From contig NW_003314296.1 of assembly GCF_000143415.4 (NCBI RefSeq), forward strand, positions 663,645 to 727,644: a stretch of 64,000 nt of DNA. Reading direction: 5' to 3'. Shown piece by piece: positions 10,409 to 22,362 of this stretch. The DNA is from Selaginella moellendorffii. Taxonomy: Eukaryota > Plantae > Lycopodiophyta. The notes under the pieces are model-generated. The model was not told the DNA's origin. It saw nothing but the letters and a program-made list of their open reading frames with translations, and did no database searches. How positions within the stretch are numbered: position 1 is the stretch's first letter; every line of letters starts with the position of its first letter. The translations under genes were made by a program, and so were the position numbers.

Positions 10409-13400
10409 CTTTCTTTCGGGAGTATCATCAAGGGGTTCACTCGGCACCGGTTCATCCAGTGTTTACTTTCCAAGCTCGTTTTTATAACAAGAGGTCTCCT
10501 ATTCTTCTCTCCGTGTTGGTTGATACAGGTTCGAGTTTATCTTCTATTGCTCGACCTGTTGCCACACGTTGTCGTCTACACTTGCGTCGTGCGGCGGATC
10601 CAGTTTTCATTCTTTATGGCAACGGCCGTACACATGCATGTGCACGAGATGAGGCGGACCTGGTTGTGCGTGTGGGCGATCTCGAGCTTGAGTTGCAGTC
10701 ATTGCGGGTGGTGCCGAGTCAAGCTTTTGACCTCATTCTTGGTATGGATTGGTTGCAGCACAATCATGCCAAGTGTGACTTTGAAGCTTCTCCCCCTTGT
10801 CTCATACTTCCTTATGTTTCATCCATTCCTCTCACTTCCGTACCTCTTCGTCCCTCTATTTCTACCTCTGCTTCCATTACTTTTGTTCCCCCACTATTTC
10901 CTCTTGTGTTTCCATCTTGTTCTGCTCTTCCCTTTTCCGATCCCTCCGATGATCTTTGTGTTGCAGCTGTTGACCAGCTCATGAAGGAGTATTCTGATCT
11001 CTTTGAGTTTGACCTATCGTCTGGGGCCAAAATTGCCACACGTCATCCCATTCCAACCGGGGATGCTCGTCCAATCAAGGTTCCTGTTCGTCGTCGGTCA
11101 CCCAAGGAGATCAAGATTTTACGTGCAAACGTCAAGGAGATGTTGGAGAAGGGTGTTATTCGGAAGTCGCGGAGTCCTTGGGCATGTGAACCTCATCTTG
11201 TGACGAAGCCTGATGGGAGTATTCGTTTCTGCATCGACTATCGTCCGTTAAATGAAATGACGATCCCGGACGTGTACCCTCTTCCTCACACTGCTGATCT
11301 CTTGGATCGTCTGGGGCGAAGTCATTGGTTCACCAAGCTAGATCTTGCTTCTGGGTATTGGCAAGTACCGATGGCTGAAGAAGATATTCCTAAGACTGCT
11401 TTTCGTACACCATTTGGTTTGTACGAGTTTTTGGGTGATGCCGTTTGGTTTGAACAATGCTCCAGCAACTTTTCAGCGGATGATGGACGAGGTTCTTTGC
11501 GATATGCCGGAGGTGACGGCTGACTTCATTGATGATATCTTGATCCACTCGGAGGGGACGTGGGAGGAGCATGTTCGTGATGTTTGTAAAGTGTTGGATC
11601 GGCTACGCGACGTTGGTTTAAAGCTGAAGCGGTCGAAGTGCGTGTTTGGGTCCAAGGACACAACTTATCTTGGGTACCGTATTTCTCGTGAGGGTTTGCA
11701 AGTTGATCCTGACAAACTTGTGGCTGTTCTAAAGTTCCCTACTCCAAAGTGTGTGAATGATGTGCAGCGCTTTTTGGGTAAGGTGCAGTATCTCGGTCGT
11801 TTTGTGGATCATCTTTCCGATCGCACTACACCATTGCGAGCGTTACTGAAGTCATCAACGTCATCTTTCATCTGGTCTCCCAATTGTGAGCGGGCGTTCG
11901 TGAATCTCAAAGAGCTATTGACGACACCTCCGGTTTTGGCATATCCTGACTACACTCGACCTTTTATTTTGTGCGTGGATGCTTCTGACATTGGTCTTGG
12001 AGGTGTGTTGATGCAAGAGAGCTCGAGTGTGCCTGGTCAGCGCCATCCCATTGCATACATCAGCCGTACATTACAACCAGCGGAGATGAACTACTCCACG
12101 ACGGAGAAGGAGTGTTTAGCAGCAATCTGGGGTTTCGAGAAACTTCATACATATCTACATGGTTCTCGGACGTTACTTGAAGGTGACCATGCTGTTGTTA
12201 CTTCATTATTGAAGCGGAAGAACCTGGTTGGTCGTACGGCTCGATGGGCTTTGAAGCTTCAGATATATGATTTCGATGTTGTTCATCGCCCAAGGAGTTC
12301 TATGGCTGATGTTGATGCCCTTTCTCGAGCTCCTCTTCCTTCTCCACTCACTTCTCATGTTTCTGACGAACCTGTTGTTCCAGCATCTGTGGATTTTCTA
12401 GATGAGGATTCTGTGCCGTCGGCGGTTGTTGTCCTTGACGTTCAGTGTCCATAGGGCGTAGAGCAAGATCTACCTTCTCTTGATGAGGTTCGCGAGGCTC
12501 AAAAGATTGAGCCGTGGATTCGAAGGCTTTGAGATGGGTTTGAGAATCCTACATCACTTGCTAATGACTTGCCTTTTCGGCATTTACATTCTCAATATCG
12601 CCTTGAAGATGGCCTTCTTTATTTTGTGGGGACGGATCCTGTTGATCATTTATGGCTGGTGGTGCCTTCGGTGTTTATTCCGCGGTTTCTCCATGCCTAC
12701 CATGATTCTCCTATTCTAGGTGGGCATATGGGACACCGTCATGTCACCGAGAAGCTGCGTAGATCTTTCTATTGGCCAGAGATGCGACGTGATATTATCC
12801 GGTATGTGCGTAGCTGCGTTTGGTGCCAAGCTCGTAATACTCCCCCTTGTGCTGCGGAAGGACGGTTGGAGTCAATTGCAATTTCTCGTCCGTTTGAGTT
12901 GGTGGCGTTTGATCTTATGGGACCTTTTCCGCGATCGACTGCTGGCAATGAGTATATTATTATTGCTTCTGACTACTTGACTCGTTGGGTGGAAGTTGGT
13001 GCTCTTGTTAGTGCCTCTGCAACTGCTGTTGGATACTTCCTCCTCAATCGAGTGGTGTTCCAGCATTCTTGTCCAGAGCGGATTCTTTCGGATAATGGTC
13101 CTGTATTTATGGCTGAGGTATTTCATGTTTTGACATCTCGGTTGGGGATACGCCACACTTTTATGAGTGCTTATCATCCACAATCAGACGGTCTGGTGGA
13201 ACGGCTCATTCGAACATTCAAAGGGATGATTGCGAAGTATGTGAACTTTCAACATTCGGATTGGGATGGTTATTTGCCGTCTCTTCGGTATGCCTATGTC
13301 ACAGGGGTGCAGAGTTCTATTGGTGCTTCACCATATAAACTTCTATATGGTCATGATCCAATATTACCAACAGAGCTGGGTTTACCTTCGCGATTGCCAC

Positions 13401-13834
13401 GAGCTCCTGATGCTAGGTCATGGGATCAATATTTGACAAGCATTCTTCCACTTGTCCGAGCAGAGTCTGCTGAACACTTAGGCCGCGTACAAGTGGGACA
13501 ACAACGGCGCTACAATTCCCATCATCGTCCACCTGCGGAGTACAAAGTGGATGATTTGGTGTTAGTCCGTTTTCCCCATCTTACGGTACGTGGTTTATCT
13601 AAGGGGCTCCTTGCGCAGTGGAAAGGACCGTATCGGGTGTTGCGGCAAGTTGGACCACAAGTTTATGAGGTTCGGCATGACGTTCAGCAGGCCGATCTTC
13701 CAGAGATTGTGCATGTGCAGCGGTTAAAACGCTTCATACAAAGGGATCAGGAGCAGTTAATACCGTCTACAGATCCACCAATGCCTCCTCCTGACGTTCC
13801 TCCAGATCCCGGCCCATCTACAAGAGAACCCTGA
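10351..13834 (+). pseudogene. pol: Pol (protease-RT-RNase H-integrase), inactivated
   Basis: LVDTGSS, YPLP, DFIDDILI, VDASDIG, HHCC, D-D-E, WKGPY motifs. Extra G at about 11433-11435, TAG at 12452 and TGA at 12530. No chromodomain. Confidence 0.93.
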
Positions 13835-15299
13835 CGGCCTTCCATTATTCCAAGAGGAGGGGATGATGTGAGGGCCAAGTGTACGGCTACGATGCCGTAT
13901 ACTAATATTAGCGTAGTGGATTTTGGTAGCCGTCGGATTGGTTTCAATCCGGACCACTCGCTCCTGTATATAAGCTAGGGTTTTTGGGCTAATTGATATG
14001 CACATTTCTGTATTCCCTTTCCATATTCCATGCACTCACAACAAGTAATTTAAATTATAATAGTAATTATCCAGCAAATTATAAAGATGCAAGAATGGTT
14101 GAAATTAGTAAAGGTGCTGTTTTTGAAAGGATTGAATGTTTAGGAGATAAATGTAAATCTGGTAAATCAACAAATAAACAAGTGATTGGATCAAGAATAA
14201 AATCTGGAATAAAATATATAATAGATGAATATAAATCACTATTATTATCACAATGATCAGATAAATGTAAAATAACATTAACAAAATATATAATTGAGTA
14301 CATTCTTCAATTTTTGTGGACTCTTCAATTACAAAATATAAAGGCATTTCCATTTTCTTATAAAAATATTTATTCTAGGCAAGATTGTGATACGACTTTA
14401 ACCACTTTAAATGCTGGTTTTCAAGAATTTCGTTTATATAAAGGCAACTTTTTAATATCATCTAATGGTAGAAATATATTATATTTGAAATCAAATTGTC
14501 AGCTTGTAGTTTTTTCAGGTAAAACTATTTTATGGCAATCTGAAAATATTTTATTTTATGAATTCAATTGTGTACTTATTTTACAAATTGATGGAAATCT
14601 TGTTATATATACAGACACAAAAAGAGTTTTATGGTCTATAAACAAATATTGCAAGAAATGCATTTCTCTTACATATCTTATTATTGAAGATAATTGTGAC
14701 TTTGTCATTTATGAAGCTTCAGCTCCAAATAATAGTTGGTGGAGAATAAAACTTAGTAATCATATAGGTTGCTTAAAAGATAGAGTCTCTTGAAATTGCA
14801 AAATATTAAACTATTTTGAGAAAATGAACTCCTATTATAAGCCCACTCTCTAGTCCCACTACCACATATTTGAAACAAGAATTAAAGCTTCAGATGTTTT
14901 CTAATTTTATAAATTAATAATTTTTATTTCATCTGACTATAAATTACTAGATATATGTTTCTGTAATTAAATTGGACTTACAGCTGATGCACAAAATGCC
15001 TAGTAGAGGCAACACATCTTCCTTACATAGCTTAGAATTTAATAACAAATTGGTCATAGGTTTCTAGAGAAAGATTGAGCATTTTCTTAATTGATTGAGA
15101 ACATTTCCAAGGAATTTTAGGTGCATGGTGAGGTTTTGAGACTCTTTCACAACAGATGGCAAATGTAGTGGGATCCTTTAAATTAAAACATCATGTCTTT
15201 TATAGAGATAAATCAAAGAATCAATAATGGTAAATTTCAACTAACTATTTCTCTTAGTTTTTTTTTACATATTTAAGATCTTATTGCAATTTCTTTGAT

Positions 15300-16805
15300 T
15301 TTAATAAATTGGCTTTTTGTCTTGGATGAATTCTAGATCTGATTGATCTAGAATTTTTTATTGCCTTTTCAGTCAAAATATTTTTCTTGTTTTATAAGGG
15401 ATTTATTCTTTTCTCATGTTTAGACATTTATAGGTTATTGGCAAAGAAGCATGATGACTATTAGCATTCATATATTTTAGCTATACATTACAACCAGCAA
15501 TGGTGAACTACTCCACGACAAAGGAGTGTTTACTAGCAGTTTAGGGTTTTGAGAAATATTGATTATCGTTCATTAAATGAAGTGAATTACCGAATATATA
15601 CCCTCTTACTCACACTACTAATCTTCTAGATCATTTAAGGAAAAAATATTAATTCATTAAGTTAAATCTTCCTTTTAGATACTAATAAGTGCTAAGGAAG
15701 ATGTTCTCAAAACTACTTTTCATACATCATTTGTTTATATGAAGTGATACTATTTAGTTTGAACAATACTCTGGTGACTTTCAGTGGATGATAAATAAAG
15801 TTCTTTACAATATACTAGAGTTGACTAATGACTTCATTAATGATGTCTTGATCTATTCAAAAGGGACATAGAAAAAAAAAAGTCCATAATATTTATAAAA
15901 TGTTAGATCAGTTATGGGAAGTTGAATTAAAGTTAAAACTAAAATGTGTGTTTAGATCCAAAGACATGATTTATCTTAGGTATTATATTTCTCATGAAGG
16001 TTTGTAAGTTGATCATGATAAACTTGTGGCTATTCTAAAATTTCCATACTACACCATTACAAATGTTGTTGAAGTTGTCAACATTATATTTCCTTTTGTC
16101 TGAAGACTATAAAAAGGCATTTATGGATTTGAAAGAGTTGTTGACAACTTTTTTAGCTTTTGTCTATTTTAACTATACTCAACCTTTCATTTTACACATA
16201 AATGTTTTTTATATCAATTTTAAAGGTTCCTTAATATAAAAAAGCGTGTTGTAGCAAGTTACAATTGCCCCGTACTTGAGACTTGACTAGTTAGGTTGCC
16301 AATGGAGTTGAATTTACCTTTATAATTGTTATGAGCTACTGATGTTAAGTCCTGAGATTAATATTTAATGAGCATTCTTCCACTAGTTTAAACAAAATTT
16401 GTTGAACAATTGGGTTGTATACAAATGAGACAATAGCTGCAATACAATTCCCATCATTGTCCATCTATGGTTTTATTACAATCCCTTTTGTACACATAAG
16501 AACAAATCACATACCATAAGATTGGGAAAATTAATTAATACTAGGTCATCTACTTTATATTAATGTTATTTATGTGATGGCCTCATAACATACTTTTCAA
16601 TGGTGATAAATTATAGATGTTATGGCAATATAAGGTCCAAGTGTATAATTATAATGCTATATACTAATATTAGCATAGTGGGATTTTAATAACCATTGGA
16701 TTGGTTTCAATTCAAACCACTTGCTTCTATATATATATTAAAGTTTTTGGGCTAATTAAAAATGCACATTTCTATATTCCATTTCCATATTCTATGCACT
16801 TATCG
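15300..16805 (+). mobile_element. Highly decayed, scrambled family A remnant with 3' LTR
   Basis: UTR, RT, RNase H and integrase pieces plus an LTR-like segment at about 16630-16803. Confidence 0.8.
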
Positions 16806-17161
16806 GTAGAATTAAATTTAAGTGATGGTAATGCTCTAGATTTAATAATTTAATAAATACAAAAATATAAAGTTATAATTATTGTTATTATTATATTTTA
16901 TTTTCAATAATTATTTATATGTTTAGTAAATATTATTAAAAATGTATTATATTATATACCTTTGTTCTTATGATTTCCATAGTCCATATCATAAATTAAG
17001 AATAGATAAGGTAAGACTTAGGCTTTTTACAATTATTCCTGTTTACCATTTAGAATTCACTAATTTTTTATTTTTTAGATAAATTAATACTAATCTTATG
17101 ATATGTTAAATTTTTGTTATACTATCATTAATAATCCCATATTCATTTCTTAAGCACTTTA

Positions 17162-17350
17162 TACATATATATGTTTATATATATATATATATACTGTGTG
17201 TGTGTGTGTGTTCGTGTGCATGAAATATAGAAATAGAAATGTGCATATTCAATTAGCCCAAAGCTTATATACAAGAGCAAGTGAAACCAATCCAATGTAT
17301 ATCAAAATCCCTAATATACAACATTGTAGCCATACACTTTGGATACACAT
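17162..17350 (-). mobile_element. (TA)n(TG)n microsatellite adjoining a partial family A LTR
   Basis: tatatata...tgtgtgtg followed by gcatgaaatatagaaatagaaatgtgcatattcaattagccc, which matches the reversed LTR. Confidence 0.65.
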
Positions 17351-18779
17351 ACATATACATCTACTATACTGAACATTGTAATGCTTATTTACTCTCTGGT
17401 AGCTCTCGCTTGCTTTGGCTCTTGAGGCCAAGGATAATCAATTTGATTCTTGCTTTTGGAACACTAATCTGTAGTTCCAATGGCATCTAAGTCTTGAGCT
17501 GTTCTAGCAGCCAGGAAATATCCAAAAGAAGTCAATTGAAAACGCTCATGCAAGTCAAGTGGTTAGAGAAATGTCTCTCTCAAATCTTTCCAATGAACTC
17601 GGGATACTGTGCACAGCATCTTGTATCAGGCCCGAGCTTGCTTGAGAGAAGAGTAAGGACGGGTTGAAAGAAACGGCACCTGTAAAACCGCTGCTTATGA
17701 TTATGTCTGATCGGCACAGTTCTTGCCTGTTGGCCATCCCAAACGGGTGTTGTGCTGATTTGAGACGTACCTCTCAAACTGTCCACGATCCAGAAGAGCT
17801 TGTGCTGCTCACTCTCGCGCAACAGAGCCTCCATGTTAGAAACAATAAAGAGTAAAGCAGAGAAGAGAACCAACGGTCATAGAAATCAGAGCCGAGTATA
17901 TTATCTTAATTAAGTTGGGCTGACACTTGGTAAAAACAAGTGAAAATCGCCTTGGACTGGCCATGTCTTGAGCTGCATAGCACTGCAGTAAACCTCTTCC
18001 ATACGTCCTGCCAATGAGATTGATCACAATCCCTGGACAGGAGCTCAAAGTTTTAGCCTTTGACATGAAAGCCCCCAACGTTGGCTGCTTGGCTTGTGCG
18101 GCGCGAGTAAGGCTTCCGGAGGATAGATTCCTGGAGGACAATCTGGAGTCGATCTTTGGGAGGTCCGACTCTTGCACAATCCGAGTGTTTCCCACAAGCT
18201 CCTTGTGGAGCATGACTCGAGGATCGTGCATCACTGCAGCCATGAGCCATCATCGGGCAGGTTTCCATTATTGTTTTCAATCCCAGTACTGCATCCGAAA
18301 TGGCAAGTCTAGAATCTGCCTGCTGCTTGCATTTAACCAAAGAAATGGTGTGCATCCGAGCCATGCTTCGCCCCACAAATAGTGAAATATTGGAGGCCAC
18401 ACGCATCCAAGGTTGCATTTCCCGGACCAGGCACTGCGGCACGAGAAGTTCCTGTACGATCCTGCGATGAATGCATCGACGTTCGGGCAGTCTTTGATCC
18501 CATTCGCCTGCCGTCCTCGCTGCGTTATGCCTCAATGGGTGCAATGCTCTTGTTTGGCGCGATGCCGCGACAAATGTGGTGACATGAAATGTGATACTTC
18601 TTGCATAGGCCAATTCAGGGTATCTGGTGCAAATGGAAGAATTAACGCAGTGCATGCCGAGTTGGCACTTTTTCATGAAACACAAAGGTCATTTCAAGAC
18701 ACCGTGCTCGGCCATTTTGTCAAAGACATGCTTGTCTTGCTCATTATCAGCTTGAACGAAAAAATACAATATGCCCGAA

Positions 18780-19450
18780 CGTGGTTTCTTGTGCGACGAT
18801 GTAAATATGGCGCTATGGATATGCCCGTGCAGAGCCTCATGGCTTACATAATTCCTTGCTCGCCGCCTATGGCTGATATACGTGAGTCAGAAGCATGTCA
18901 AATGGAAGATAGTGGTAATTTAAACTATTGCAAGAACATCTTGAGTATTCTTTGCCCAAAATGGTGTTCACAACCCAAAACTAACGTGGTTTCATGGACA
19001 TGCTCTTGTCTCAATCTGGAAACTCGAGGAGTCAAGCCGTGTGTTTGAAACTATGCCGGAACTGGCTATAATCACGGTAAACTCAATGCTGACAGTATGT
19101 GCCCTAGCCAGGCATGTCGAGCAAGCAAAGCTTAATACCTTGCAGCAAGAAATGTCACGGCTTGAACTGCCACGATCGCTGCTTTTGGACGCTCCGGTGA
19201 CAAAACTCTGTAACTACAATTGCAAGTAATGCCGGATTCACCTCCACAGGCGCTTCAGAGTTTTCTTTGGTATTCTTGGAAAAGCGATGAGGATGATATC
19301 GATGAGGAGATAGACTAAACAATCAAGCCACGAGCTAGGAATGCTAGGGTTGGGTAACAAGTATCATGCTGGAGCGGGAAGATCTGAGCTACTTTGTAGC
19401 TTTGCCATACATTGTCTCTGGTTTGTGTAGGCTGGCCGAACTTTGTCGCC
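18780..19450 (+). pseudogene. Degenerate PPR gene remnant
   Basis: Fragments NSLLAAYG, NVVSWT and VFETMPELAIITVNSMLTVCALARHVEQAK lie in different frames. Confidence 0.55.
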
Positions 19451-19634
19451 GCGGCTAGAAAAGATTCGGGGACAAGTTAGAATTCTTGCATTTTCGCTCG
19501 CCATGTCATGACGACGTCGCGATTTCTATGTTCATGCAGGCGAATGAAACACCATAACCATGTGATTTGGAGCTCTTATCGGTGCAAAGAAAAGGCCACC
19601 ACAAAGGCGCTACGAAAGGAGGCATGATCTCTCT

Positions 19635-20122
19635 CTAGCATCTGCTGATTCTGACGGTGGCGCCATTGGCTATGAAGCTATTGTAGTCGAACCTCACGCT
19701 CTTGCTCACGCCAGGGCCCGTGGCTGTGACGATCACGTACTGGAGGCCCCAGCCCAGAACATCAACAAGATCGCCTCCCAGGTGCACATCCAATCGGCAG
19801 AAGTTACTGAAACATCCGGCAGTTCTTGTGAAAGTGTTAAGGGCGTCACGCTCAAAGTCATCTCCGGGGCCATCCAAGTCGTAGAACGAGTAGCCGTTGC
19901 CATTTGCGTTGAGCAAGAACATGTCTACTGTGGCATCGGTGCCTGCGAAAGTTGCATCCAAGGTTTTCACCTCCAACTTGTAGCTGCATTGCTGCAATCG
20001 GGGAGAAAGGCAAATATCAAAGAGAGGAATCCGCAAGAACACTGGACCTGAGCTTGGGTTGCAGTGAAGATCAACGCCTTCAAGATCAACAGGAAGACAA
20101 TTTGCTCCAGCTTGAGTCCCAT
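19635..20122 (-). CDS. Secreted single PLAT/LH2-domain protein (2 exons, about 143 aa)
   Basis: Exon 1 20122-20048 is a signal peptide MGLKLEQIVFLLILKALIFTATQAQ. GT-AG intron 20047-19992. Exon 2 CSYKLEVKT...AGTDATV...DFER...W. TATAAAT about 70 bp upstream. Confidence 0.88.
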
Positions 20123-20782
20123 TTTTAGCTTCACTGGTAAAGAAGAGCGCAAGGGAGGCGATGGTAATTTGAGTTAGATTTAGAGCTGTATTTATATTCA
20201 AGAGTCTCCACCAAAGTCAATGCGATCGTGAAATGGATCTTTATAGAGCGGAAAAACGATCCCTTGAGTAATGTTGATAGATTTTGGTGAAACTTTAGCA
20301 ATGGCATATAAAAATCTATTATGCATGACGTACATGAGGATTGAGAAAATAGTTGCTAAGAACTAGGGCATATAGCAATATATGCCCACTGGAGGTATGA
20401 TGCCAGGAGGGCTGTGACACGATGCTCGAGGAAGATATGGAACGGAAAAAAATGGTTTCCAAAGGTTTGATTGCTTGAAATATATACTCAAGATTCGGTT
20501 GCGAATACTTTGATGCCCAACACGGGCATATCTTTGGATTTCGACACTTTCGGCAAGATGACGATGGTGGGAGGCAACCGTTGAGGTTTGCCATCTTGCA
20601 GCCAAGCCGGAGAAATGGTGCTGTTTCGTGTAGATGACGATCGATAGTTCGTGCAAATGCTTCAAACCATGCCTTGTGTTGAGCTTAAGCTGTGAGCGCT
20701 GTTTTCGATCCGGCTAGCCAACACTTGCTTTGGATTCCAACCTGAGTACTATACAAACTCCAAAGCTCGTCAGCAACACAGC

Positions 20783-22183
20783 CTAGAGCACCGGTGGAGT
20801 GTAGCCCAAACTGTGGAGATCAATGTACTGCGTCGGTACCTGTCTGTGCCTGTGAGACTTGACGGCCGCCAGGAATGCCCCTACTGCTAAAACGAGGAGT
20901 AGTAACAGGAGCAGCACCACACCTGCGTGACGAGCCTGGCTGGCTTTGGAAGCGCCTTGGGACAAGCTCTCTGCCCAGTTTTCCGGAAGAACTCCTTTTC
21001 CTTTGGGACCAGCGGCAATGTTGAGTACAGGATGAAGTCCGTTCTGGAAAACCACGAGTGTCAATCGGAAACGAATTGTATGTTTTGCATACCTCCATCA
21101 TTCCATAAAACATTTGCGAGAGCTGAATGACAATTTGCTCGTAGAAGATCGAGGCAGGCTGTGATCTTCCATGGCACCAATCGCATTTGGTGCTGTCCAT
21201 CGAGTGGTGGCACGGTCCATGGAAACCGGGGGTGTCTTCTTCCGAGAAAAGCTCGCACACTGGCTTGTGCCATATTCCACGAAATATCTCCTTGGCACTA
21301 GACGCTGAGATGGTCATATTGAAGGCGACCCGTTTTGAGGATTTTTCTAGCGCTGCCACGACCTGGCAAACGTAAATCACACGAGTCATGAGAGATTCGT
21401 CGTAAGGAAAATGCGCAAAACCAACCTCTCCAAGCGTTTGAGAGCGTCCACATCTGCAAGTGTTCGTGATTGCCTCGCACATCCTCCTGCATGGAAAACC
21501 AAGCCCAGCGGCCTTGAAAACTCTAGGAACCGATGCTTGAAGTGCTGCAAGAGCGGACGAATCTTTGGCTGCGACAGAAGCTACAAAAGGCTGCGAAACA
21601 ATCAGAAAAACTATCGTAACAAAGGTGTAGAAAACTTACAAGAAGTTCATCCACAACATGATCAAAAGTTCCGCACGATGGAAGCGCCAGACCACACCAA
21701 AATTCCTGTACAGCTGTGGCACACTCCGAGCAGCTGGAATAGCCTAGACAATCACAACATTACATTCACACACTCCACCAAAAAAGAATTTTCCTACCTT
21801 CTTTGTCGATTCCTTCGAGAGGATTTCTAGAAACCGCCCCAAAGGCCTCATACCTGAAAGCACAATCCGTCACACTGCTGGATTCCAAGTCACAAATGCG
21901 AGCAAATGGAGTGCCAGCGGTGTCCACTTGCACACACGAATCCCTGCCGCCAAAGGCATTGCATCGCCCTCCATCCGCGAGCGCCTGGCCAATTTCTTGA
22001 AGAAGAACACGCTGCGACGCCACCGCAAGCCCTGCCGCCGATTCCAGCGCCTTGCCGAGCTCCGCAATGTCTGTGACACCAATCAATCGATGAAGGAGGG
22101 AGAGAGAGGAGGAAGAGAAAACCTAGCGATCGTAGAGGCCGGGCAAGCGCCATTAGTAACAAAATCCATAGCAGAGCCTTCAT
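20783..22183 (-). CDS. Type I membrane protein with a Frizzled-like cysteine-rich domain (6 exons)
   Basis: Phase-consistent GT-AG introns. Signal peptide, CSECATAVQEFWCGLALPSC...PCRRMCEAITNTC, C-terminal TM GVVLLLLLLLVLAVGAFLAAV and tail YIDL. Confidence 0.75.
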
Positions 22184-22362
22184 TGTAACCTAAAGGGACG
22201 ATCACACCCTTCTTTTTCCGAGATTATTCCCTTTAAAACCTAGTATATTCGATAGTTCTCTGGTTTTAGGGTTTACGCGTGGATCACCAGTCCCGCTTGA
22301 CGTCACTGGCAAGAACTAGTCATCCGCGATGAAACATTCTCGCGAGGAATGCAGGCCGGCCA
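22184..22362. promoter_or_regulatory. Short bidirectional promoter with telo-box-like motifs and TGACGTCA palindrome
   Basis: Divergent ATGs 180 bp apart. AAACCTAG/TAGGGTTT motifs and TGACGTCA at 22298-22305. Confidence 0.5.

Larger units (their letters stand above)
9026..14040 (+). mobile_element. Near-complete non-chromoviral Ty3/gypsy LTR retrotransposon (family A)
   Basis: LTRs 9026-9204 and 13867-14040 (TG...CA), 4-bp TSD ACAA, PBS TGGTGGAGTTGAGGGGCATC (tRNA-Ala-like), PPT AAGAGGAGGGGATGA, domain order PR-RT-RH-INT. Confidence 0.97.
8880..14793 (+). pseudogene. Secreted unknown-domain + bulb-type (B) lectin gene split by a gypsy insertion
   Basis: ATG 8880 gives signal-like MYLMVLRIYIVVFSYINFVYG. 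Removing 9026-14044 joins ...QGFLNLT|SNLNY... in frame. +1 slip in the G6A6 run (about 8956-8967) and TGA at 14254. C-terminal QIDGNLVIY mannose-binding motif. Confidence 0.8.

Noticed and set aside
11428-11440. Second programmed frameshift in RT
   Set aside because: It breaks the conserved YEFLVMPFGL motif, has no stimulatory structure, and is best explained as a 1-nt insertion.
12452-12532. Programmed stop-codon readthrough between RNase H and integrase
   Set aside because: The copy at about 5975-6060 has CAA at both positions, so these are C>T nonsense mutations.
17540-18700. HMA-like CxxC (GCLACAARV) gene and overlapping ORFs
   Set aside because: Single short motif and no consistent exon model.
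19635-20201. 188-aa unspliced PLAT ORF from the track
   Set aside because: It starts at TTG upstream of the TATA box and reads through an intron. The spliced model gives a proper signal peptide.
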